From the NCBI GenBank assembly GCA_047495785.1, contig JBLDXI010000055.1, forward strand, positions 744,001-808,000: a stretch of 64,000 nucleotides of DNA, in the 5' to 3' direction. The translations under genes were made by a program, and so were the position numbers. Positions within the stretch are counted from its first letter, which is position 1, and every line of letters begins with the position of its first letter. Source of the stretch: Lepidodermella squamata (taxonomy: Eukaryota > Animalia > Gastrotricha). Below the pieces are notes generated by a model. That model saw nothing but the letters and a program-made list of their open reading frames with translations, had not been told where the DNA came from and ran no database searches. Below, piece after piece: positions 46,831 to 60,693 of the stretch.

Positions 46831-48911
46831 ATGTCGCAAGCGAATGATGCAATCATTTCGGTTGGGATTTTATTATGTTTCTTATCCTTAATATTTGTTA
46901 TTTTTCTTCATCAGAATCTAACGTGTTCGATCTGTCTTCATCTGTTCATTGCCCCGAAGTCAATGCCATGCTGCTCCCATACATTTTGCTTGCCGTGTTT
47001 GCAGCAAATGAAGGTAGAAAAACGCGGCAGTAAGCAGTTTATTCGCTGCCCAGAATGCCGAGAAGAAAATCATTTCAGCCAGAATTTCAAATCGGTCTCA
47101 GGTAATAACCAAATCGCCCCCCTTTAATCTAATATTTTAAGGGCTGCTTTCCAGATTTTCAAACAAACGTTGTTGTCCAAAACATTATCGAGGCAGTTTC
47201 CGCAAAGCAGAAGAGAAAATCTGGCGACCATTCACTGAACTCTTGCGGTCACGTTTCCGAGGCTATTAATGGCCTAAATTGCCACCACTGTGGTCAGAAA
47301 TTTTGCGAGCCTTGCAGCTACTTTCACATCGAAAAATTGCGAAACAATGCAGTCGAAAAATCATCAAAGGTTGGTTTTTTTGGATTTAATTGCCTGGTCG
47401 ATCTCATTAAAAAATTCAAAGGTACTTGAACAATGCCGAGCAGCCTGTGTCTACAGCGACCTCAAAGAAATGGAACAGAAAATCGCCAGTGATTCACGAA
47501 AAATCTCTGACCGCGTTTCAAGGCTTGGTGAGCAGCTGAAAGCAGCATTTTCTGCCCTAATCGATGCTCAAGTCACAAATTTGAAAAATGAAGTCGAAAA
47601 CGCTTCATCAGATCGATTGTCGAAACTTCGCGATGCCATTGATTTTGTGACTGATGTCGATTGCCTGGATTCATTAGAAAATCAGATGGAATTCATCAAA
47701 TTGAATTCGGTTTTAAAACTGGACTTTTCGGAAGTCATTAATTTTCACCAACAGATCGAAAAATTATCGCAATCAGTAGGCCTATCGATTTCAAAAAATT
47801 AATTATTTTTAACCAGTCTATTTTCAGTTGGATACTTTTAATTGCCACGAGGAGCGGGCTCCAATCAAATTATCCATCAGCCAAGATTTTAAACATCGTT
47901 TTGATTCGTTGAACGAAATTCCGTTAGGCTCGATCATTTCGCAGCACGAAGATCTGATATCCGAAAAAGCTGTCAATTATTTGACAGAAATTGTTCGTTT
48001 CAAGGTTGATCGGCCAACAAAGATTGTAGCCATTCCGTCTTCAAATCTTTTCGCGTTGATTTTCGACGGCAACAAATTTTGGGTAATTTCGGCCTTGATT
48101 CGCGTTCATTTCATCCCTTAAAATGTACCTATAGATCATGAATCCGGAGGAAAGCAGTGTGGTTTGTAGCCTGGTGTTCGATGGTGTTGAAGTTGATAAT
48201 GTTGCCGCAAGTGAGCGGGAAATTTTTCTTGTTGGCAACCGGAAAAGTTCCGATGGCACGATTCGTCGGGGAATTCACTCAATTTCCGTCGATTCCCTGC
48301 AAGGAACTGTTCGTACAAACGCGTTCTTAGTCACTAAAAATACTAGCCATTTTAGCCAACTTGAAGTTACTCCGTCTGGTCGAATCATCACAACTCTAAA
48401 TGGGAAATTGATTGTTGTCGATTCAAAGGGAGAAATCGACGAGAGCTCTGATTCAGCGATTGGCACTGACTTTCAACCGGACTGGAAATTACGGGGTGTT
48501 TTTGATTATGAAGATAATTCTCGAGTTGGAATCGTTATTTTTAAGCCGGATCAAGGCATTTTTATTCGAGATTTTGATTGCGAATCACTGGCCTGTCATG
48601 AAAGGAAACTGAATTTGTCATCAGAAAACGTTTCGATTCTTGGCGAGGACCTGCTACTTATTAAAAAATCGCGAATCCAGGTATTCCAAGCTTTACATGT
48701 TTCGTTCTCGTGCTGCAAGACATGAATTTAGAAATTCGCGAAATTCAATCAGCGGTCGACGTTTGCCGGAAATTTTACCTTGAAGTCGAAGTTCGACATT
48801 CACAACCTTGCATCCAGCCGATCTAAGCTTGGCAAAGATTCCGTGGCGTTACTCGGATCCGACGGTCACTCTCATTTCGTCATATTTTGCTGCCTTCCTT
48901 CCTCTTTTTAA
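46831..48911 (+). CDS. TRIM-like E3 ligase E
   Basis: MSQANDAIIS/NLTCSICLHLFIAPKSMPCCSHTFCLPCL..CPECR, B-box CGH..CHHCGQKFCEPCSYFH, coiled coil, beta-rich C-terminus. Confidence 0.8.
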
Positions 48912-49030
48912 CGGTGTTCAGACTATTTTTACTTCTTTTCTTTTGGTTGCGCTTATCATGAGTTTTTCATTCGAATTTCGTGTTTGGCATTGTAGGTATC
49001 GTATTATTTAATTGAACCGATCAATTCGTA

Positions 49031-51067
49031 ATGTCTTCGTCGGATCCTCTGCTTGCTGTAATTTTACCGACTGAAAGTGAACTTTTTGTCATAAAGTCTT
49101 TACTTCCCAGAATGTAACTTGTTCTATATGTCTCGGAGTTTTCAATCAACCGCGATTGATGCCACGCTGCGGGCACACATTCTGCCTGGACTGTTTGACG
49201 CAACTAGCAGTTGAAGGCAACGGAGTTTTGTGTCCTCAGTGTCGGAGTTTAAACCATTTCTCATCCTCGTCAGTACACGATTTTCCGATAAATTACGTCG
49301 CTCAAAACCTGGTCGATTTGCTGTCGAGTAGGAAGCCAGTTGATAACACCGAGCTTAATCGATGCTTCCATGTTGATGCTGCTGATGTTATTTGCCCGCA
49401 TTGCAACGAACGCTTTTGCGAGCCGTGTCGAATTTTTCACATGGAGAAGATGAAAATGATAACTGCGAAAAACCTGGTTGGTATTATTCGACTTTTCAGA
49501 ATTTAGATTATTTTGAATTTTTCGTGCCAGGAATTTCTCGCCAAAGTTCCTACTCCAGTTGGGGATGCTGTTGCTAGATTGAGGCTCGAATTGACCAAGC
49601 ACATTCATCCCATTGTAAGCACTGTAAAATCCGAGGGCGAAAGGTTGAAGAAAACACTGATTGATTCGATCGACAGCGAAGTGAATCATTCTATCGGCCA
49701 ACTGAACCAGGCAGCAATGACTCAGATCGACACTGCAACCGTTTTGTTCGAAGCTGCTCATAACCCTTACTCGGCTTCTTTGCTTATAAAAGAAGCCTCG
49801 AATTTGCTGAAAAACTCGGTTATTGAAGTCGATCTGCCCAAAATGGCCTATCTCTACACGGCGATTGCAAACAGAAAGCACTGTGTAATTTTTATCAGCT
49901 ATTTATAACAGTTCTGGTGTATACATTTTTCGTTAGATCGAGAAAATTCATGCTGCTTATGACCCAGGCACGAAATTGTTTCAAGTGGACTGTAACTCCG
50001 CCTCGGTTGAAACTGCGGTTAAAGAAGCATTGAAACGGCCTTGGTATCGTATGGAACTGACCGACGCAGCTTTTGAACCAATTTTACCCTGCAAAAGCAA
50101 ACGTGAATCGCAGGATTCTGAAAATTATTGCGTTGTTACACTCGATTTCGAGGAGGTGGTGGTTGGTAATTCTAGCTCGGTACCTAAAAAGTTATTTTCT
50201 TCGGGTTCCAAAATTGCTATTTGGCGTTCCGATGATACGCTAGAGGTAAATTCATTTCAAATTTCCTCCATTTTTTATTGGCTAATTTCATTAAAGGTGA
50301 GAACTGAACGGGGTTCAAGCGTTATCTACCGTTTTGCGAATCTCATCTTCACTATTCATGATATCGCCACCGATGGCTATTATGTGGCTGTTTGTGGCAA
50401 GAAGCCGGCAATGGCTGAGTGGTTGATAGGCTTCGGGGTCCCGAACAGCACCGATCACACGATCAAGCTTACATCTTTTGTAACTAAAACACCTGGTTTG
50501 ACTTTCAACGGCATGGTTATGTGTAGGCAGTGGCAAGAGTCTGTTGTGACAACCGGCTCGAGTTCGTTTTTCTTGATGCGGAAACACGGTTCTGGCGATA
50601 TGAATTCGAGCATCACGACTTACCCAATGCAGCTAACTGGAAAAATGGAAAGAAACGAAATTATCAGCGTTTTGTCTGCGGATGAAACCACCTTGAAAAC
50701 GCTGTGCCGAATCAACGATAACTTGAAGGTGTTTTCGATTAAAAACGTTGTTACCCAGGCGGGGCAACCTGCTTTAGAAATGACCTGCAACTACCTGCCT
50801 GAAGCCATGGCCTTGAAAACCTTTGATCTTATTGCGATGTATGGCTCAGACAAGGCTATAGTTGTTAAGGGAAGACTAATTTACCGATACGTTGGCTTCC
50901 CTGAACATCCAGTATTTCGCGGCTCTTTTCTACTCAATTCTCCGTCGTATCGCATAGGCAGCATTGTTGCCTACGAATCTCAGCCGAATGTCGACAATGT
51001 TGCGATGATCGTGACTAATGACGAGAACAAGACGTCTGTGGTGATCTGCAAACTTCCTCAGTATTAA
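49031..51067 (+). CDS. TRIM-like E3 ligase F
   Basis: MSSSDPLLA/NVTCSICLGVFNQPRLMPRCGHTFCLDCL..CPQCR, CFH..CPHCNERFCEPCRIFH, coiled coil, beta-rich C-terminus. Confidence 0.8.
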
Positions 51068-51268
51068 CAATTTTTGTGCACGATTTCTCCAATTATTTGC
51101 GATTTTTTCAAGATTTATTTGCCATGGAATTACGTTCTAAATGTTGTTGCTTACTTTAATAATGTTACCTCGATGCTCAATGTATATCTGTGATGATTAA
51201 ATCTCTACATCGAACAAATTCTGGTTTAGGTATAATATATTTAAAGGTTCGACTTTTATCCCAATGAG

Positions 51269-53432
51269 ATGGCGATGTTGCATGACCCTGTGATTTCGGT
51301 TGGTTTCCCAACTTATCCCACGAATGAGTTAATTCTGTTTTTCAGAGCTTGACCTGCTCACTGTGTTTCGAGCTATTCAAAGAGCCGAAATCGTTACCGA
51401 AATGCGGTCACACTTTCTGCTCTGATTGCTTGAAGAAGCTTGCTCTCGAATTCCAAGATTTGAAGTCCGCCTGCCTTAAATGCCCAAAATGTGGTGTCGA
51501 GCATGGCCTCGAATCTTCTATCGACGATTTGCGGCTCAATTTTGTTGCTAAAGAGCTGGTCGAAGCAGTGAAAAACAGTCAACAATCGAACAAAAATGCT
51601 GATAGCGGCTTGGGGTCTTGCAGTCACATGTCTCTGCCACCCTGCAACAAAGTCTTCTGCCGCCATTGTTCGCTTTTATTTTGCGAGCCATGCAAAATTC
51701 TGCACATGGAGCGATTAAAAAATTCCGCCTTAAAAATGGCGTCATCGGTTTGTTTTTCGCATTTTTTTTGTGCTCACGTTTTTCACTCGTAATTTCAGAC
51801 TCTACCAGCATGCACGGAACTGTCTTCTGCGAATAAATTAACCGAGCTCGAGCAAGTGCTTGATCGAGAAATCGCGAATGCTCAGTCGAAAATTCACGAA
51901 ATTGGAGCTCAGCTGAAGGTCAACTTGGTGCGGCTTGTTGATCGTCAAGTCAATAACACGTTGCACCGGCTGAAAAATTTTCGTAGCGAGCAAATGACAG
52001 CTTCACGGCTGATGCTTGACATTTTACAAGACAAAGGGATGTTAACTTCCCTTGGCAAGCAGCAGGCAGTTATTAAAGCGAGTTCTGTTCTCGACTTGGA
52101 TTTCGAAAGTTTGGCCTTGTTCTACCTGGAAATGACGAAAGTCTCACAAACCGCGACGATGTTCAATCAACTAATGAACGGGCAGATATTCACGTTGGTC
52201 GATAAAACCGACTCGTTGATCGCTAGCTTTCCCGATGGCTCTCCAGTCATCGACTTGAAGTTGAAAGAACCGATTACTATTGAGAAAACAGAGTATTCCA
52301 GCAGCCCGAAGAAGATGAAATTGGAAACTGGCGCGCCTCCTCAGTTGAATGTTGACCTGGAGCTGAAGCCAAATTTCGGTACTTGTGCCGTTTTCTTGAA
52401 AAGTGTCGAAATTATTGATATCACGCACCCGAAAAAGGTCGCTCAGATGCCCCACGAAGACGCATTTGTCGTTCTGCATGGAGAGAACAATATTAGCGTA
52501 AATTCTTCCATCTGAGTTTGAATATTTCTGAATTATTCCTGATTTTCGACAGGTTATTAATTTAGATGGAACTATCGGTCGATCTTATATGTTGCAACAC
52601 GATTTAATCATGCAAATTTTCGATCTCGCCGTTGACGAGACTGGTATTATGCATTTCATTGGCGTGGGAAGAGATGGCAAGTGGTGTTTGGGCGTCGGCG
52701 AATTCCAACCCGATCGTCCGATTGAATTCAGCGTTTTTCGTCTCAAGAACAATAATTACACCCTGCGGGGCATGCAAGTCTGTGCAATGTGGCCGGGTTA
52801 TGTTGTTACGACTAATGCAAATGGCATTATCGTTTTGAAATTTTTCAAAGGATCTACGGAGGTTTTGGAACTACGACCGGTCTTTGCGGCGTTTCCTTCA
52901 CCTAATAATGCTCATGTTTGCGGCGTTATAGATACGTCATCCCCGACTAATCTCAACGTATTATGTGCCATCGAGAATGTTTTTGTTTACCTGGTTTTGA
53001 GGAAGGAAACTACGCCGGAAGGCAAAGAGTTGGTCAAATTTGAAAGCCGACGTCTTGCCAACTCGCCGAGTCTCAGCTTCGATTCTATCACGTTGCTCGG
53101 GAATGGCGAGACAATGATTTCGAAAGGTTCAGTAATTCAGGTCTGAAACGAGTTTATTTATTACGATGGGAAAATTTTGCGATTTTTTACCGCAGAGATA
53201 CCAAAAGGTGCCTGAAAACATGGTATTTTCGGGTAATTATATCCCGTCATCGGGAACGGATCGTTCTCACCTGAATGAGACTATCAGAAGTGTTGCTGCT
53301 AAACGTGTTTTGGACCCGGTTAGTGGGGCTGTGAAGGAAATTGTTGCTAGCGTCAGTGTGCAAGGTCTCGACGCTGTCACGTCTACGCTCATGCTGAGCA
53401 CATTCCCTGGAAATTCGAGTTCCACTGTTTAA
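51269..53432 (+). CDS. TRIM-like E3 ligase G
   Basis: MAMLHDPVIS/SLTCSLCFELFKEPKSLPKCGHTFCSDCL..CPKCG, CSH..CRHCSLLFCEPCKILH, coiled coil, PKKMKLE, beta-rich C-terminus. Confidence 0.8.
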
Positions 53433-53537
53433 TTTTTGATGATTGAATTTTCTCTACAAATTATGAAATAAAAGATTCATATATCAACTACCTTTTAGGC
53501 AATTCTTAATTAACTGAAAAGCTTGAACTTAGCCATA

Positions 53538-55754
53538 ATGGCGAGTTCCGCTCAAAACCAGTTAACTGCGGTAAAGTTTTCGATCTCATGTCCTATTGAG
53601 ATTGACCAAGTTTTATTCATGGATAGACTTTGACATGCTCATTGTGCCTCGATTTATTTCGCGAGCCGAAATCGATGCCGAACTGCGGTCACACCTATTG
53701 CTTCGAATGTCTAAAAAAGCTCCAACTGGATCGTAATAATCGCGGGGAAGTTTCGATTTCTTGCCCCCAGTGCCGGACGAGAAACGTCATTTCTGGGAGT
53801 ACAAAGACGGTCGCAGGTGGAAATTTGATTTTATTCGCCGTGACTGTTACTAAAGTTCTTTCTATGTCTCTAGATTTGGGAACCAACATTGTAATCAAGG
53901 GAATCCTCGAGTCGATTACAGAAGTGTCAAAGAAGGGGAAGTGTGGCTCTCTTTGCTCTCACCCGTTCGATCCGTCTTATTCGGAATGCTCGCATTGTAA
54001 TACTAAATTTTGCGAATCTTGTGCTATCGTTCATCTCGAAAAATTGAAATCTGCTGACCTGAAGCATATGAAAGATGTAGGTTTATCCCTCCCGGAAAGG
54101 TAGTTTTATTCGCTATTTTCATTCGTGCAGACCATAGAGCGGTGCAAACAGCTAAGCGAAAACACCGCGCAAACCAAAGCGAAAATGGCGTCAGAAGTCG
54201 AGAAATTTGCGAGTCTTATCGAAAGCGACATTCAAAAAGCTGGTGATGATATTCTCGCGAAATTGAAAGAAGTTGTTGACGCAAAAGTTACGAAATGGCG
54301 CGCTGAGTTGGCTGAGCTGAAATCTCAGCAATTGATATCTTTGGATTATCTGATCGAATCTTTGACTGACCCTATGTTACAGCAGACCCTTTCTCAACAG
54401 GAAGCGATTTTGTCGAAAACTTCAGTTATCGACCTTGACAAAGGCTGGTTATTGCAGACCCATCGACTAGCTGAAGCTGCTCGGTTTTCGGTAGATATTC
54501 GAAGTATTTTAATTTTTGTTTAACCTCTCATATTGACAGATTGAGTCGCTTACGCTTAAAGAATCAATTTTTGAATTCTCCAGTGATTACCGCGCCACAA
54601 TTGCCTCATTCGAAGAAGAATTAGCGAGAGTTTGTAGTGTTAGACTTGGAACTGCTTTGTTTTTGGCGTCAAGAAACAATAGTAATAGTGGCTATTCGAC
54701 TACGAAGAAGCGAAAGTTAGAGGGTTCTCCTGAAACAAGTTCAGATTCAAAATTCACACTGACTTGCATGGGGCCTAAAGCGATGGAGTTTGTCGAGGAC
54801 CAAGTTAAGCAAGTCGTGGCTTGCGTTGATGAGAACAAATTCGCTTTATTACATTCCAACAACTCCGTCAGCGTAATCAACTTAATTCAAATTTTTCAAT
54901 CGATATGAAGCCATTTTCTGTATGCTCAGATTTTTACATGGAATGGCTCGGATTTTGAAAACATACAACTTGCGCCAGATCCAGGCTCTGAAGTTCTTTC
55001 AATCTGTTCAGTCAGAGGTGGTCTCATTTTCTCAATTCAAATGAATGATGGCAGCCACGCGCTCGGTAGAATTTCGCTACCTTATAAAGAACGCAAGTGG
55101 CTCATGCGACTCACTAATATAATGAAGGGTGGCCTTGAAAGTTTGGTCTGTGGTGACGAAGCCGGTAACACTGTTTTCTCGTCTGATGGAAAGGCATCTT
55201 TACTTGTAATTCAAACGAATGCGAATCGTATTCAGCGAATCGCCATTCCGCCGACTAATTGGCAAGTCGCCGGAATTCTGAGCCAATCAGCGGCATCAAT
55301 CAAAATTCTGTTGCGTCTCTCCGGGAAATCCCTGTACCGGCTAGAGCTGGATGTTCTTGAAAATGGCAGCATCTCTGACGGGTGCATTGGCCGGTTCGAG
55401 CTGCCTTCTTTGCCATCGGAGACGATGGCCATGTTCAAAGACAATAGGCTAGTCGTAACTAATCCTTACGGGTTATCGGTAAATCTTTTCGGAATACTTT
55501 CGCTAATTCATATCCTCAAATAACCACAGGTATATCGGTGTTCAGATGCAGATGGCGATAACTGCAGAGTTGAATTGATCAATCAATACTTTCTGCCAAT
55601 ATTTGCTAGTAAAAATCCAGCACCCTTGATCTCCCACGTTGCCGTGCAAACTGTTAAAGCCGGTGGAATTTCGAAAGATTATATTATGATGACCAACGAT
55701 TTGATCAAAGAAAAGAAATCATTCATTTCTATTGAAGCTTTTCCTGTTAATTAA
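53538..55754 (+). CDS. TRIM-like E3 ligase H
   Basis: MASSAQNQLTA/TLTCSLCLDLFREPKSMPNCGHTYCFECL..CPQCR, CSH..CSHCNTKFCESCAIVH, coiled coil, KKRKLE, beta-rich C-terminus. Confidence 0.8.
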
Positions 55755-55869
55755 GATCTTTACTTTTTCTTCCTTACGTTCACATGTTTTTGTTGATTTT
55801 GATTCGCTCATTTTTATGCTTTCGATTGTAAAATTTGCATTGAATCACAATTTTTATTTTTAGATGTAA

Positions 55870-58131
55870 ATGGCGGCTAAAACCGATAACCAGTTAGCAG
55901 AGGTAATTAAATGTTTCCTATCCCGTCAGTTATAGTATGTTAGCTATTTGCAGACTCTAACGTGCTCTATCTGCCTGGATTTATACAATGACCCCAGGTC
56001 GATGCCATCCTGTGGGCACACCTACTGTTATGATTGTTTGAAAAAGCTGCCTGTTCAACGTGGAAATCGAGGCGACCCGTGTGTGACTTGTCCACAATGT
56101 CGTATGCGAAATTTCATGCTTGGCAGAACAAAATCCGTGGCAGGCTGGTAGTTCTCTATTTTCGTCTTCCTTAATAATTCCCTGATTTTTCAGATTTCGC
56201 TCGCAATCTTGTCGTCAAAGGCATCGTAGATTCAACGAAAGAAAACAATAAGAAGAAAGATTCCAACTTGTATTGCCCGCATCCGTTTGAAAAAATTCAC
56301 TCAACTTGCCCTCATTGCGACCGGCTTTTCTGCGAGTTATGCGAGGTCGTTCACAAGGAAAAATTGAAACAATGGATCTTGAACAAATTGCCAAACGTTA
56401 GTTCTTTTAAAAGTATTTTTCATTGCTATATTTTCAAACGAGCAGGCTAACGATTGTTGCAAAAATTACGGGATTGACCCAGCCGGCAAGAAAGCTGAAA
56501 TAAGAAAGAAGATCGAGCAAAGTGCTGATGCTGCAACTTCAGGCGTTCGCAGCGCCGGCAAGAAATTAATCGACGCTTTAACCTTGGCAATTAATTCAAA
56601 AATCGGAGAAATGTGTTCAGAGGTCGAGGCGATCAAAGCAGATCAAATTGCGAATGCCGACCTGTTGGTTGACTGTCTTTCCGATCCGAACCTGTTGTTT
56701 AGTTTGAAACAACAAGAAGCAAGCGTTACGAAAAAATCTGTGATTGATATCGATGGCGAGTTTTTGTCCAGCTCGTTGAATTTTGTTCGCGTTGTTTCTC
56801 ACACGGTATTTTATCTCTGACTACTGACTAGGGTGGTTATTGATCTGATAATTTCATTTTTAAGGCCGCGCTTCTCAGTCCGGACAGACCTACAGTAAAT
56901 TTTGTCGAAAATTCGGCCTCTCAGTACTCTATTTCATGGCTCTCAAAATTCGGCGAAGTCAAGCGCGCTGACAATGTGTTAACTATTCCCAAAAAGGTTC
57001 AGCCATCTAAAAATCAGGTTCTTCAACCAGCCAACCAAATAATAGAAACGGGAGCGAAACGCCGCTTAGTCGATTGTTCAGTTGAGGCGCCGTTGTTAGC
57101 GCCACCTTGTTTAGTTAGATTCCTGCAGCCTTTGTCGATCATTCAGCTGGATTCGATAAAGCATGTTGTTGGTAGCATTGAAGGAGACTCATTCATTGTT
57201 TTGCACGGCAAATCTCAAGCTTCGGTAATATGATTGTTTGATTGAATTTATTGTTGCTAATGCATCTATTTAAAGATTTTCAAATTTGATGGCAGCATGT
57301 TTAAACAGTCGGCATGCTACACCCTGTCCTTAGAAGCTAATATCGAAATTCTTTCCGTCTGCTCCGTTCGAGGCGGCTTGCTATTCGCTGCCAAGAAAAC
57401 AATGCAAAATGTTAAATACTTCAAAATTTCGAGATTCACGTTCGAATCTGGCAAAACGGAACACCTGGTCACGATAATTGATATTGAAAGCGGCTTCGAG
57501 AGCATCTTGGCTGTTGATTCTAATGGGGATTCTGTTGTTTCCACCGAAAATCCTCCTAGTGTTGTACTTTGCCACACTAAACGCGGCAAAGAAGAAATTA
57601 CACGCTACAAAATTTCGGATAAAAAGATGCGAATTTTCGGAGTTTTATCGGTCAACTCAAACTCAACGGCGTTTCTCTGCGAAGAAGAAAATCGACTGAC
57701 TCGAATGGAATTACCTGTAAACGGCGCGGGCGAGATTGGAAAGGTTTCGTTACACCCAAAATCTGTTGAATTTCCTGGCTTGGTTTGCCATGGATCTGCT
57801 GCGATTTGGAACCAGAAGCACTTTGCTATCAGCAGGGGAAATTTGATTTCGGTAAAGATACATTTCACTCCTCGTGAATTCTAATTTTGAACTTGATGCT
57901 TTTCAGAGATTCGAATATTCGCAGGATCACCTCGATGGCATAAAGTTTATTGGGCAGCTCGTGCCAGATGCCATCAAGCAAGACAAATCTCTGCTCAATT
58001 CTACGATTACCAGCTTAGCTTTTAAAACAATCGTATCCATCGGTGCTACTAAGGAAATGGTTGCATTGGTTCTTAAATCGCCTAAAAGTGGGCAAACGTG
58101 CCTTGCTTTTGAAACTATCCCAGATCTCTAA
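55870..58131 (+). CDS. TRIM-like E3 ligase I
   Basis: MAAKTDNQLAE/TLTCSICLDLYNDPRSMPSCGHTYCYDCL..CPQCR, CPH..CPHCDRLFCELCEVVH, coiled coil, AKRRL, beta-rich C-terminus. Confidence 0.8.
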
Positions 58132-58237
58132 CTTCCAATCTTTCATCGCTTTCCCGTTTTATATTAATCTTGTTTTTGTATTTCAATGAACTAAAATTAT
58201 AGGGGTGTTTGTGATAGGTATATTCAATAATTGAAGA

Positions 58238-60509
58238 ATGGCTGAAATTCTTGGCGGGGTAAGCTATCCTAAGCTTATATTTTTTTTCAATGCTCTTTGG
58301 ATTGGATTTTCAGACTCTAACCTGTCCGTTGTGTTTTGAGCTGTTTAAAGAGCCAAAAACGTTGCCCGTCTGCGGTCACACCTGCTCTGATTGCTTGATC
58401 AATTTGCCTTTGGATCGAACTGATTTTCCCGAGCAATGCTCGCTTACTTGCCCTCAATGTAAGAAGAGCAATTTGATCCCAGCTAACATTTCCGGTTTGT
58501 TTCCTTATGCGTTGCTCTTATGAACAACCCGTGAAAACTGGCAATTTATGAACAGATCTCGGATCAAGTGTTGTAATAAAAGAAGTCATCAAGAGAATGA
58601 GTGAAAGAAGTCACGATGACAAGCAACCAGGATCCACCTGCCCACATTCAAATCTGCCGCGGATATCACCGGACAGCGCTATTTGTTCGCATTGTGATAA
58701 ACGCTTTTGCAGTTCATGCGAAGTTTACCATAAAGAGATCATTAGACAAGATGCCGTGAAGAAACTTAAATTGGTAATCTAGACTGCTTTTTACTCTAGT
58801 ATTTGATTGAAAATTTGCTCATTTTCTTTCAGGCTCTCGACAATTGCAGAGCTTTGAAATCAGTAATCGATGAGCGAAAGAAGAAATTCGAGTCGAACAT
58901 TGACCAGGGTGCTAAAGCGAGTCATGCTGAAATTCGTGAGTTCGGGGCCGAATTGGTCCAAACATTTGCGAATGTTGTGAATGTGAATGTGTGAATGTGA
59001 ATGTGAATGTGTGAATGTGTCGAAAAATGGTGCGTGAGACTTGACGAATTGAAATCGGAACAGTTAAAGTCAGTCAATGTCCTAATCGATTGCCTCGTCG
59101 ATCCAATGTTTCTTTCGGCTGTCGAGACCCAAGAGGCTGTTTTATCGAAAAATTGCGTGGTTGATATAGATAAGGTCTGGCTAAGTCATGCCAATAAGCT
59201 TGCAGATTCGATTCAATTTTCGGTAAATTTACTTCTTGACGTAGTAAGTGGTATTTATCACTTTTTTACAGCTCGATTGCTTAAATGCGAAAAAATGTAC
59301 TTTCAAGTTTTCAAAAGACCAAGTGAAACTTACGACCGCCTTAGCGACCAATTTGGATGAAAATTGCCCTGTTCACTCGGCTGAAAATGCCTTCAATTGC
59401 ATGGGAGAGCTTTCTGCTCGCAAAACGTTGACTGAGCCTGAAATAAAAAAACGGAGGTTGGATATATCGGAAGAATCAGTCAACAAACGTGCGTTTATTG
59501 CATCTGGAATGGTAGCAATCGCGGCCATTGAGCTCGATGCTGTGAAGCAAGTCGTTTCAACTGTCAATAAAAATTGTGAGGGGCAGTTTTACGCTTTGGA
59601 TTTTAACAATAATATAACTGTAATTTACTCGGTGAAATTATATGCAATGCTAACTGTTTGCATTTTCAGGTTTTGAAATACCTGGAATCTGGGTCTTTTG
59701 CAATTCTTCGCAGCTATTCACTAAATCTTAAGCCGAATCTCGAAGTTCTTTCAGTTTATGGCCGCTATAATCTTCTGACGTACGCTTTCAGAACAGCGCC
59801 GGGCGTGTTGCCGTGCTCTGGCGGAATTGTTCGACGTTATGTTTCAGTTGACACAACCGAAAAAAGTTTGTGGATTGCTGATAGAGGGCAATGGTTCAAT
59901 AGCCTTCATATCAACGATAGATTCGTTTTCTTGGCAAATGAAACTTGCAAACGTCTAATTTTTGAATTGGAAACCAGGGAGCTCCTCGAGCTTCAAGTTT
60001 CCGCCCGAATCCTGAAAATTCTCACTGCAAAACAACTGTGCTTTGCAGTACAATTGTTTTGCTTGGGCGAAGATGGTCTTTTTTCGTTCGCCGTGCGAAA
60101 ATCTGAGGATGGTCTTTACACTTCAATACCTTTAACTCTATCGACTCCACCGGACTTCTGCCCGACGATTATCGTACCTTACGGAAGAGATGAGATATTC
60201 ATGGCTAGTGGCCTTAAAATTGTGGTATGATTTTTAGCAAGCTAGAAGTGAAAAGATTACATTCTCATTTTACTCTAGAAATTCCGATTGTTTCGAATGA
60301 ATGAGAAGGAAAAAGCGTGGGATCTTCAGATTTTGCAACAGCTTATTCCAAGTGCTATCAACCAATTACCTGAAAACGCTTCAATTTCTGGCTTTGCATT
60401 GCGGTCAATTTCTGTTGACGGCAAGGACGTTATCTCTGTTTTGATAGCAATAAATTCACCCGATAGCAAAAAGACGACTCTATTCTTGGATGCTATCGTT
60501 GAAGCTTGA
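58238..60509 (+). pseudogene. TRIM-like E3 ligase J, interrupted by a microsatellite carrying in-frame stops (probable pseudogene, or assembly error)
   Basis: MAEILGG/TLTCPLCFELFKEPKTLPVCGHT-CSDCL (one RING residue missing versus paralogs); TGA at 58992, 58998 and 59004 inside the coiled-coil exon; the rest of the gene is intact. Confidence 0.65.
58971..59020 (+). repeat. (GTGAAT)n imperfect microsatellite inside a coding exon
   Basis: aatgttgtgaatgtgaatgtgtgaatgtgaatgtgaatgtgtgaatgtgt. Confidence 0.85.
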
Positions 60510-60693
60510 AATGCATGACTTCAATTAATTTTGAAGAAACTTTAATGATGTTTCTTAAAAATCATCGATTTTCCTTGTTATTTTTCGACTTTTTTATTGT
60601 GATATTCTAAGTGCTCCAATTGCTGTGTTCAAAATTAGTGTATATTATGTTCATCATTCTCTTATTTTGTGCTTTAGCTCTTAAAAGCCAGCA

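Noticed and set aside
49270-49881. 203-aa minus-strand ORF
   Set aside because: Antisense to TRIM F exons, with no motifs.
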